Shown: one piece after another, positions 24,701-36,700 of the stretch | Numbering within the stretch: position 1 is the stretch's first letter | Layout of the letters: every line of letters starts with the position of its first letter | NCBI GenBank assembly: GCA_002633005.1 | Contig: NMRA01000366.1 | Location: 393,803 to 444,968, forward strand | Origin: Phoronis australis | Taxonomy: Eukaryota; Animalia; Phoronida | DNA: 51,166 nt | Direction: 5' to 3' | Program-made: the position numbers and the translations under genes | Notes under the pieces: generated by a model | Told to the model about the DNA's origin: nothing | The model's input: the letters and a program-made list of their open reading frames with translations, nothing else | Databases searched by the model: none

Positions 24701-27700
24701 ACATGAGATCCTACTGTACACTGAAACAAATTTCAGTCAACGGTCATGGAATAAGAATCGACATTATCATACATTAGATAAAATATTCTCACATGATAAC
24801 TAATGATAAAAGGCCATGTTTTCCTCAAAAACAAGTCAAAAGTAAGGCAGAAGGTGGGCACAAAGCAATGGTTAAAGAGATACTAAACCATGTTTTGATG
24901 ATTTCATGTAATCCTAATTCAGTCATCTGCTAATGCCTCATAGGAGTCGACCTTGGAAGATAAAAGCTGGAATTAACATGATCTTGGTGGGTGGTCTTTT
25001 CTCACAGTTGGTGTGTAAAAGCGTAGGTCACGACTGCCCATTTAGCAGACTTTAAAATGGGTTTTCAAACTTTCCTCAAAACTTTTGAGGGTTGTCAAGT
25101 GCTACAGAACATTATTTTGTTTCACAGAATTAGAAGGGAAAGTCATCTTCAGTATCTGTTAATAGTCCGAAACCCGGTTTAGTATCTTTTTAAAGTGGAA
25201 CTTGCACGGAAATTAGTTAGAAACACAACATACAATGACAATGTGAATAAGAAGTATGGTAAAAATTGCCAAAGGTTTTTCAGAACAAGTGTTGTGTTGA
25301 AAACGATCCACCCTAAATACCTCAACTGTATCCAGTAAGTATCGTGACATGGTGTTGGGGAATAACACTGCATGATGCGGGCTATGTGAGCCCCCAAGGT
25401 ACGTCATTATTGCAAAGGTTACCTATATGCAGATTTTTTAGTTTTCACATTGACAAGTTGTCAATGAATAGAATTGCACTTTGTTTAGGCAAGCATAGGT
25501 GATATTCAAATAGCATTCATTTGTTGGTTAGGTCCCGCTACACAATGGCATATTTAGAAGCATGCAAATACATCTACAGGTACTGGATGAGAGGTCAGAT
25601 ATGCCGTTATCTTGTAGTTTTTAAATTCAGCATTAAAAGCAAGATTATTTAATCAATGGTCACGTTAAACTACAAAGAATGAGATTGTTGTTTTGTGACG
25701 TCACACCTTCTTGTGCACCCAAAAAGCAGGGGGGTGGTTGCTAAATTTAACAGCCAGCTCCAGTGTGCGTTTGGAAAGCACAAGACCAGGTGTAGAGCAC
25801 ATAGAATACCCTCCCACGGTTGCAGTGCCAGGAATGAAGAAATCAACCCTAAAACAACAAGAATGGGATCTCTAAGTATGCATATAATCATGAATGGCAA
25901 TGACAAACGAGTTACCTAACGTCCCCATACCTGTGTTGGCCATTCGGAATTTTATTTTCCAGAATTTTAGGGTCCAAAAATGAGGATCTTCCAATTCAAT
26001 CTGGTTTGATAACAAAAGATCCCTCTCTTAATCTTGAAATGTGGGAATTTTGGACAATTGTTTTGTCTTGTTTGCATTAACCTCCTTTTCACCTTTGATT
26101 TTGGTCACCAAAATGTTATAGGCAAGTCTAATAAAACTGTGCAGTGAAGAAATGACTCTCATTGTGCTTTGCATACTTCTCAAGACAGAGGTGAGCACCA
26201 TAAGAGACACCTGGTGGCAATGGGGATACTCAAGTGATATTGAACAGTGGAAACACTGCTGGGCAGACAAATCCAATGGACAAGTATGCAGAGAAAGGTA
26301 AGTACCTTCGTATGAACCCATGCAGTCGGTGGATAGTCACTGTTCTTAACAGCTAGTTCAAGTGTGCCATGACGACACAGGCAGTCAGGGGAAGACAACA
26401 TTGAGTATCCAGTGAATATCTTTACACCAGGTATGAAAAAATCAACCCTAAAACAAATAATCCACGCATCACCTTATCTGCAGTTCATGAAAACTTTATC
26501 AAAACAAAAAAGTAAGGGCCAAAATACTCGCTTGACTTTTATAGCTTATTTAGCCTACTTTTCATAACTTCCTTGCCTTCACAGTTATGTAATTGCTGTG
26601 ACAACTTTGAGCAAGTTAAATGCATTTTGGAAAAAATTCAATTCGTTTCTAAAACTACTGAAACTGAGTTTCTAAGTCACCAACTTCAGTCGCAAAATTG
26701 ACTTCAGAAAAATGAGCATTTAAACAATGAAACGGAGAAATCAATAGCAGCAACCAGCTATGTTGAAATATAAAAATTACTTTAGCAGTAAGGTGTTTTC
26801 TCTAAAAGTGTATACACTCTATTAGTTCATACACGGCCCTTGAAACTTGGCGTTTGTCTCTAATAGTTCGTACAGTAGGAGTCCGAGGGAAAAATAGTTC
26901 GTACACATATTTGCATCAGAAAAAAATCGTACACGCTTTTTGGATAGGTAAAATGGAAATTTTTATTCTTATAAAGAACACAAATCAATAAGCGCCAATT
27001 CTATTCAAGTAATTGGAATTCGTGATTTGCTTTATTAGTATAAGGCTCAAAAAGTCGTTTTTTTCAAATATGCGTTTTATCTAGTGCACTGCAATCGGAA
27101 ACTAAGTGCAGCAGACGACATCGCAGAAAGCGGAGGTACTGAAGGTGGCGTGGTTCTTGAAGTTTGTGAATATGGAAAGAAAATAAAGTGACAAAGAATT
27201 CAAGTATTATATTTTGAAGTAAATACATCACCCGGTAAAATAATTAATTTGCTGTAATATAATTCCCATTGCCAAACCACCTTCTCGAAGCCGTCGTTGC
27301 ACTCATTGTTATCGTCGATCTTTATCTCTAATACTTCGATCACTAAACTTTTTTCTCAAATAGTTCATATGGCAAGTTTTGTCTACTAATTCGGACACGA
27401 AGCTCTCAAGAGAAAAATAGTTTGTACACTAGCATATGAACTATTAGAGAAAACATCGTATGTAAAACAGCAGGAGTAAGCGGGCAAAATGACCCAATAC
27501 TGTCCACCATGATGACTTGGTGAAAGTAGAACTCACCATCACAGTACGTAGTCACTTGTCATGTTCAGGAATGAAAAGAAATTTACCAGAAACCTAGGTG
27601 GTTATGAATGAAATTTTGCTGCGATGACAAATTGTCAGTACCAAATATTCTTGCTGAGAGATAAATCAGACATCATCACCAGGCAAAGGCATTTTGTCAT

Positions 27701-30700
27701 ATAACTCCTGGCACGTACTCTTCATATTCAACAGAACCTCCACATTAAACTTTGTCAGCCTATCCAAAGGTGTCACTAGTCTCCAATAAATCCTTACCAT
27801 TGTCCGGCCTTGAAAGAGAACTGTCCACTTGGATCGTCTATTTTTAATAACAACTTCCGGATAGTTGGTGAAACATTGGAGACTTCAACAACAGTGGCAT
27901 TGGCAAGTACCTGGAGCAATTGTAAAACTATGTAAAGACAGGTACACATAACGTTATCATTTCTTGTACTCGTCAAATACCGAACAATATAATGATTGTA
28001 GTTGTTGAATGATAATAAGCAATTAATAACAGAATTTTGATGAACAAAGCTGTTAATTTCCATTTAAAATGAACTTTGAGAAATGTTTAGTAGTGTTGCC
28101 ATTCTTCTCGAGGTTTATTTTAAAATTACACATATCAAATTCAGTATTTTACAAAGTATAAAGATATCACCCGGCGAAATATGTGAAGAACACAATGCTA
28201 AAATAAATGTATATCAGAGAAGGAGCTGAAAATATTAAAACTAGCAATTAAAATGGCTAATGGTAATTCTTTATGTCAGAATATAGTCTGACAGTATTTT
28301 TAGTTGTATTGTTGCATGACCCCTGAGTTAAGTACAGTGATGATGTAATTCGTTTACTACAAAATAGTGTGGAACTTTCTAGAAGACTCTAGCATGACAG
28401 TGATTAATGCAGTCTGGAATATTCTAGAGACTAGTACAATGCAGTCTGGAATATTCTAGAGACTAGTACATGTTTGTAGAATGATTGGGTAGGTTCCAGA
28501 AAGTTCTGGTATGTGCTTGAATTGATGAAAAGTTCTAGAACAATGCATTAGGCTATAAATACACAAGCACGGGTTTGTGTTAGTCAGATCAAGTCAGTTC
28601 ATCAGAAAATAATCATTAGGAGATCAAGTCAGTTCACGAGAAGATCAAGTCAGTTCAAAAAAGTTAATCAGGAGAACTACAGTTGAGTTGCAGTGAAGAG
28701 AATCAGCATTTACAGCGATAGTCAATAGAGAGCCAGCTATAGAGACAGCAGGTTATTGAATCGAGTGTAACAGTTGCTGAACGTGTCTCAGAAGTTCATC
28801 ACAAGTCAAGGCTTCGCAGCACTGGCTGGAGCATTAACAGACATTACGTCGGACGTTTTGAGTAGGCTTGTGAACGTATGGTCGGGATTAATAAAGGATT
28901 AACTCGAACCAGTTTTCAGTCTATCGTCGCACCGAAAGCTATTAGTACCGGTCTGTAACAACCTGCGCCCACCCACACACGGGGAAAAACGTGACACTTT
29001 ACTTATTTCACACAAAAATAGTTGCCAAAATTCTAACTTCAAGTTGATTACTTTGCTGCAAATAATAAAAAATTTCCAAATATTGATCGATGACATCTAC
29101 ATAGGACTTGATGACATCTACACAAAATTTGATGACATCTACAGAACAAACCAAGCTAAAATAAACTATAATTTTCTTAACCCTTATTTTTGTTGAGAAA
29201 TTGAAAAAATATTTTCACTAGTTCACCACACTGTGTGCTGAATATGTGAAGATTTTCCAATCTCAAAGTTTTGTGCGCCTGTTAATCAGCTGAGGTGTCA
29301 GATAATCAAAATAAAATGGGAATGTTCTACAAATGGTGAACTGTGTCACACCAAAGTAGTTCTAGCAAAAGAAACGTACAAAAAACGTTAACTTAGTTTA
29401 TTACAAATGAATGGATTGTTGTTTGAAACGCTGCACGTCTGACTTAAACAATTAGAATGTCAGAATGTAGCATACGAGGGAAATTTTACTTTCTTTTTTC
29501 TAAACGACAAGCACCACTTAAGTAATATTCAACTTCTGTATCCAAGCTAACACTAGACAATATTTCAAACAACTGTGGAAACTCACATTGAAACTTTTGA
29601 AAATGAAAAACTCCAGTCTGTCGAGAAGTGGGGACATTTTACTGTGCACGTAGCTTTCCGACAACTGATTCATTGGTGAATCTCAACAGAAAAGACTGTT
29701 GTTTAAATAGAAGACAATGCATGGAAATAGATGCTCAGGTAAGGAAGGGATTTGCCTTGGTGCAAAGCTATTTACTAAATATACACACTTAGCTGTATTT
29801 TGACAATAGTCTTCATGCAGATAGCTCAGACTAGTTAGGAAGGGATGAATTTTTCAGCAATAATTGTGCTAGTGAAAAAGCAGTGTTGTTGAGCTAGCAA
29901 TATTTTTTAACCAAGGGGATTTAAACAGCCTGACCTGACTTGCCTATGTCACAGCAGGTGTTATGAGATCAATGCTTATTGTTACATTATAAAAGTATGA
30001 AGTACAACAAAATGTCTATTTATATTTATATTTATATTTATCATATTAATTATGCAGTGGCGGATCTACGGGGGGGGGGGGGGGTTCAGGGGGTTTAAAC
30101 CCCCCCTTGGGCCAGGACCCAAAAATAAAAAAAAACGTCTCCAGCAAAACAAAAACGACACCGCCAGCCTGTGTAAACCCCAAGTAAACCTGAACTTGGA
30201 AAAAAATGAGATGGGTTCATTCTGAAAGCATAATTTTTTGCATTGTGATTTGCTGTTATGAACATCAACGCATTTCGAGTCTTCATGGTTCATCGGCAAA
30301 ACACGCGGAGATCAATTGTGCGCGAGCCTCCATCGACACTTCTCAAGTAGCCAAGCATTTTTGAGATGGATCCACCGCTGAAAGAGTACTTCTATAGCTG
30401 ATTTCTTTACGTAACTAGCTTCTTTACTCTAAGATATGTTTTGATTTAATTACTCTAAGATATGTTTTGATTTAATCCGGGGAAAATACTGCGGCGCCGC
30501 AATCCTGATATTCAGGCGAATTGACGTGCAACGTTTTTACCTCATCTGTCATGCCGTGTCATTCCATTATACCCCACACGTTTGTAACTCGAATTTGACT
30601 GATGTATAGTAAAGTTGTCTTGCGCAATATCATACAGTGTACATGTACAATTTTTGAAAAGAACTCGTTTCCGAAGAATTGCTATTTTCTCATGGTCTGG

Positions 30701-33700
30701 TCGCGAGTCCGTTTGAAGATACACTCTAACAAGTTATGTCTATACAAAGAATGACCAAGGGGGCACTCACATTGACAAAGTGACTGATTTCACAAACAGT
30801 GTACATCACCAGAAATTGCGGGGAGGATGTATTTTCACAGCAAATTCTTGAGGGACTCGTGCGATGTTCAATACGCCTCCTAAGGAGCTCTAGCTCCGAC
30901 CTCAACACCTACCGTCTTTCTACCTGCAATAAGCACCACTGCCGTCTTCTATACTGGGAATTTCCGCAGAAAGGCCCACCCGATGAAATGCCCATGCCTA
31001 TGGGTATTCATTTGATGTTGGTACTTGGGGTTTCAAGTGTTCAGACATAGGGACATTTATTCCGAAAATTGCAAGAGATGCAAATAGGTCCTGGGATACA
31101 TCGTTTAGGTTTGAAATAGTTCATGATGAACGGATCAAATTTAGTTGCGCACGTAAGTCTTTTGAATGGACTTGGCAACCTCAGGGGGCTTAGAGCCAAT
31201 TGAGCTGCAAAACGAGATGCTGACAATGTAGAGGCTTACAAGCTCATTGACACAGCAGTTGACGAAATGAAAGCGTTGGGAACAAACATCGAAGATGTCT
31301 GGGTAGAATGGTTCCAAGATAAGTGAACCATAGGATCCGATATAGATTCCTCGGCAGTCCAGACAACAGCAGGATAGGACTAACGTTCCTGGAGAAACAC
31401 CCACGTAATAAGTTATAATTCTAAGTCTGTACATAATGTTGGTTTTTTATACTTGTGTACAATGAAAACGAAATAGAAATTACGTTTGGACATGCCAAAT
31501 TTACCCAGTACAGCAGAGGGTCTACGAGCGCACAGAAATTGATTCTGGTTTGTATTTCCACTTGGCTCTATCTGCTTCATATCCAAAATCTGATACATTT
31601 GACGTTTGTCAATTGTTGTCAACGTGATTCAGCTTAATAAAGTGATACTTAATTGTTTATTGTCACTTTTAATAAGACTTTGAGCTGAGAGCACCATCGT
31701 TCGCCAGTTTTTCTCATAACGAGACAGAACACAATGTTTATTTCCGGACTAACAGTACAGATCTTCGTTGTTAAACAACATGAGGCTGCTGTTACGCCAT
31801 CATCTGATATTCAATTTTTTATGCCCCCTTGGTGCTCCTTATGCTCTTGAATATTTGGTAGTTGTCTAAACCCTACACACACACCACACTTTTTTCATAT
31901 ACGACTTTTCGTATGCCAAAAAGGTGTGTGTAAGCAGATGTTCCAACAAAAATTTTTGCTGGTGGCGTGACTCATACCCAGATGTGCACAAATATGGTTT
32001 CACGAAACTTACATGAGCCACGTTCATGTGACGAAATTGAGAAGGGTTTTCAATTATTTTAAAAAATTTCAAGAGTCATGTTAAGTGCCAGAAACTTACC
32101 AGAATGCATGGAAATTTCACTATTTGGCTACAAAAACAAAAAATTGTCTTACACAGGAGGGGTGTAACCTCCCCCCTCTCAGCGCCACGCGCTTCGGATG
32201 CGACCTTTGCGGGAATCCTAAACCCCTCCTTACTGAAAATGTAGATCCGCCACTGTTATGAGAAATCAGATAACTGAAGCAAGATAATAAGATTCCAAAT
32301 TTACCAGTATCGATATGGAATTAACACAATGGGGGCCCTTGTCAGTCCACCCACATTTGCTGAATGAATAACCATGTAGGCTTCACTGTTACCAAGCCAA
32401 CAGATGCCCACACCTGCCTAGGTAATAAACAGCTGCCAGTTATCTGCCAGCCAACAGAGGGTAGGGGTACCCTTGACACACACAACACATCTGGTGCTAG
32501 CTACAGAAAGGGTGCCACAGGTAAGGCTGTTTTCTGAGTATGTCCTACGTATCATCTTCGAACATTATTATTGACGAGGAACACGATATTTTGATTCTTT
32601 AAAGCAGCGAGTTAGCATTCGTAGTTCTCCGTCATAAAACAAAGGACCAATTGGAGTCGATTGATTGCATGAATGAGAAGATTCAAAGTTGCTATCTTGA
32701 ACTACACAAGTTTAAAATTTACGATCTCTACTTGACCTAGTTAGCACTGCTCAAGGTTTAACTTATTGTTTTAATATTACAGTATTTTATTACAATCCAT
32801 TCACTTCACTCTACATCTCGGTAATTATTATTTTCAATTCTACAAACAAAATGACTGAAGAATAAGATGAGACTGATTTTAAGTGACCTAAATCAAAAGT
32901 TCTTTTTTACAGAAAATATTAGGTTTATTGACCCTGTAATTTTTCGTAGTGCAAGAAGTTCACAGGGTGATAGTTAAAATAACGTCCATTTGTAAAGCTT
33001 ATGATAAAACATGGAGAGTTCATGAGTTTCAAACAGGGGCCGATTATAATGACCAGCAGTCTTGTGGCATGTGACCATCTGGTGCAATTCTGGCCTCAGA
33101 CTGCTTTCAAGAAAATTTCTTTGAATTTCAAACTGTCTCTCCTTTGAAATATGAATGAGTTTTAACATGAAGACTGGCTTTGGTCTTTAACCCATTAGCA
33201 ACATGGCCTGGTTCACAGTACCATGCACTCCAACAAAAGGTTTGTAGACCTTCCCCTGTTGCAAATGGGCTACCTTACTAGGGAACTTGATAAGGTCCTA
33301 TTGTGTGGAGAACAAAGCAATGTTCACTTCAGGGATACCTTCACAGAAATAAAACACTGGCCATGGAATTGATATATTGTGGACACTTTCAGCCGATTTC
33401 ATAAAGGTGGTTTAAAGTTAAACCTGGTTTAAACTGGACTTAGACCAGGTTTAAAGATAATCTGCATTAAGGTGGTTTAACTTTTAGACCAGTGGTCTAG
33501 TAAAACATGGTTTAACTCCAGTTTAGACCTGGTCTAAGTCAGTTTTCATTTCACCAACGAGGTCTATATTCTTTAGACCTGTATTATGATCTTAAACCAT
33601 GTTTAACTTTAGACTTGGTCAGACCCAGGTTTAACTGTTAAATATGTCAGACTTGCATGGTATAGGTACAAGTGAATGATGCCGCGGAGTGCATTTGCAA

Positions 33701-36700
33701 TCCAGTTTTATAGCGAAAATGGACTATTTTCAATATCCAGTATTACTATGACACAAGATCAAACGTAGCAGGGGCGGATCCAGGATTTTTAAAGGGGGAC
33801 GGTCAAGGACTTTTTGAAAGGGGGGCCAAGTCAACAACTTGAAAATTATAGATTTGGTATCACTAAAATCAAGGGAAAAAAGGGGGCTCCTGACCCCTTG
33901 ACCCCCATGGATCCGCCTATGCGTAGACCAGTACTTGCTGGAGTGTGTCCTGCGGATTTCTTAGAATACGACTGGTCGAGTAGGGCGTCATCGTCGTAAG
34001 CGCTACGGATTTGACTAAAGACAGCATCTTCTGATTCTTCTGAGTTCCACCTCCACTGTTCTCCGATATAATGCTGCCAGGAAGGCTCTTGCTCACCTCC
34101 TTTGGCCGCGGAAAATAAACACTAAAATGACAAGGAAATAAATTTGGGCATGTAACATGTTACATCTAATCGGGAGCATGTTCTTTAATGTGTGTGTGTT
34201 GGTCACAGAAATTACAGTTTTCCTCATGAGAAAAGCTTTTAGATGTTTTTCGTAAATGTCTGCACTGATTCTACTAGTGTATGCCATTGTATACCCACGT
34301 GATCAAGGTTTCATTGAAGCACTTCAATAGTTTCTTTGTTGGGTTTACCCAGCTCAACACAGTGGGGTGCCTTTGATACTTTAAACCTGGTTTTACTGAA
34401 CCAGCTCCCTGGTCTAACAAAACCAGGCTTTCAGACTCTTAAACCATGTTGGTGAAATGCAAGTCAGGTTTAAAATTAGACCAGGTTTAAGTCTAAAACC
34501 TGGTTTTGTTAAACCACCTTTATGAAATCGGCTGTTTAAGTTTCTCTGGTTTTAGTAACCCATTCAACTGTGGTAGCGGCTAATTGGCCAGCGAGCTATG
34601 ACGCTGCAAAAAAAGGGCCTTGATTCAGTAAAAACCACCGTGGACAAGAGTTGAAGCCAAACAGTGGCTATTTGTAATGTGGCATAAGTGTTTTAATTGT
34701 CGTAGTGATAGAAAGTGATCAGTGTCACTCATTGACCAAATGACATTATAAAGCTACTGAAACGAGTCAAATGGTGAATCTGAAATTACCTAAGTCAACA
34801 AATTTAATTTACTGTTTCCAGGCCTCAGTAACCTATAGTAAGTACCTAACTCATTATAGTTATGGGGATTATACTTCAATTTTATTTTAGATACAAACAC
34901 GTTATGGACAGCAAAATAAAAGTAGTAATCCTACCTGGTGTGGGCAGAGGAGATGTCTCCGTCAGGTGTTGGTATAAGTCAGTGGCTGAGGAACTACGCA
35001 AACGAGTGGGGCTAACTGTTAAACTGGAGAACATGCCTGACCCAGAGGGCGCACACGAGGCCATATGGCTAGATTTTATGGAAAAATCTCTGAAGTGTGA
35101 TCAAAACACTGTGGTAATCGGGCACAGTTCAGGCGCAGAAGCAGCAATGAGATATGCAGAGACGAGACGACTGAAAGGCATCGTATTGGTGAGTGCGTAT
35201 GTCAGCGACTTGGGCCTAGATGTCGACCGTGAGTCTGGTTATCACAACAGGCCGTGGGAGTGGGAGAAAACAAGGTCAAACACAGAGTTCATCATACAGT
35301 TTGCCTCAGATGACGATCCTCTAATAGAGTATGAAGAACAAGAGGAGGTGGCACATAATCTTAAGACAGAGTTGTACGCATATGATGATAAGGGACATTT
35401 CATTACCGCGGAATTTCCTGAACTCGTAGATGTGGTATCTCAAAGGTTAAACAAACTGAAGGCAGTTTAGGGAGTTTAGGATGACATCAGACAGTAGTCC
35501 ACCTAACCTACCTCAGGTGGTCATGGTGATTCAATCTTCATTCATTGTTGTTAAGTAGAGTAAGGTCATGCTGTTTATGAATGAAAGTAACATCGTTCAC
35601 ACAAACAAATATGCAACCTCCTTTTTTCAATAAATCATAACTAAATGAGCCAATGGAGTAGCAGAACAACAGACATATGTTTCTAGTGTTCAAGGCAAGC
35701 GGCAGCTTACAGTGCCATCTTTAGTGAAAATAGTTTTATTGTGGTTTCATCTCAGCCTGGATGTACACTATTTCCCATACGTATATTTACCCCAAGTCCC
35801 GTTAAATTTGGTCTTACACTACTCCACTAGACCAAATTTCTGTCTAAAGTTTTAAGTCCCTTTTCATGAAACAATCCCCATAAATAGTAAAATTTTACTT
35901 TTGATGGTTGCTAACCAATGCCATGCATAAAAATCTGTTTGTCTTTTCTTGAGTATTTAAGTGCTTGGTAAATTCTCAAAAGGACTGGATCATAACAGCC
36001 TGAATGACATACAGTACAGCCACTGAATTATTAGACTTTCTCCGGTCTGGCTAGGCGTGACCGTAACAGGAGACAGACCGGAGAGTGAGGCGTGAGTCGA
36101 CCGTGACAACTAGCGTGAACGCAAGCGTGACTGTGCCCGGAGCATACCTGGAGTTAGGCGTGAACGAAGCGCGAGGGGACCGTGAGCCAGGCGTGAGTCA
36201 TGCATGAGTTTCCTTGCCTTCTTTACAGTCAAGACAATTGTAATTGCTATTCTCACAAGTTAGCACGATTAGAACAAAGTACCGTGTTGCATTTTAACAA
36301 ACGTTTCTCAGTGCTAGTCCAGTAAACAACTGTAAGAACTTCGACAACATCGGTAAAAAATTCACTACAGTGTTTGCAGTATATATGGTACTGGTTAGTT
36401 ATCTTGAGGCAACTATTCTATATAACCATTACGCAATATAGTTTACTATATACGTAGTTCATTAAAGCGTGTAGATGCACCACTTACTCAACTGGAGGTG
36501 AAGCATCAAGACGCGGTAAGTGAGTAATACTATATTTGTTGCAAAAATGTATCATGAATATGTAATGAATTGCATGAAATATTGTACATTAGTGGATTTA
36601 TTATTCGACATTTATTCTTGTTATATTAGATATTAACTGTAAACTGTGTATTATTTCTCATTTATTTTCATGCTAGTAGGCCTAGATTCTTTAATCGTAC

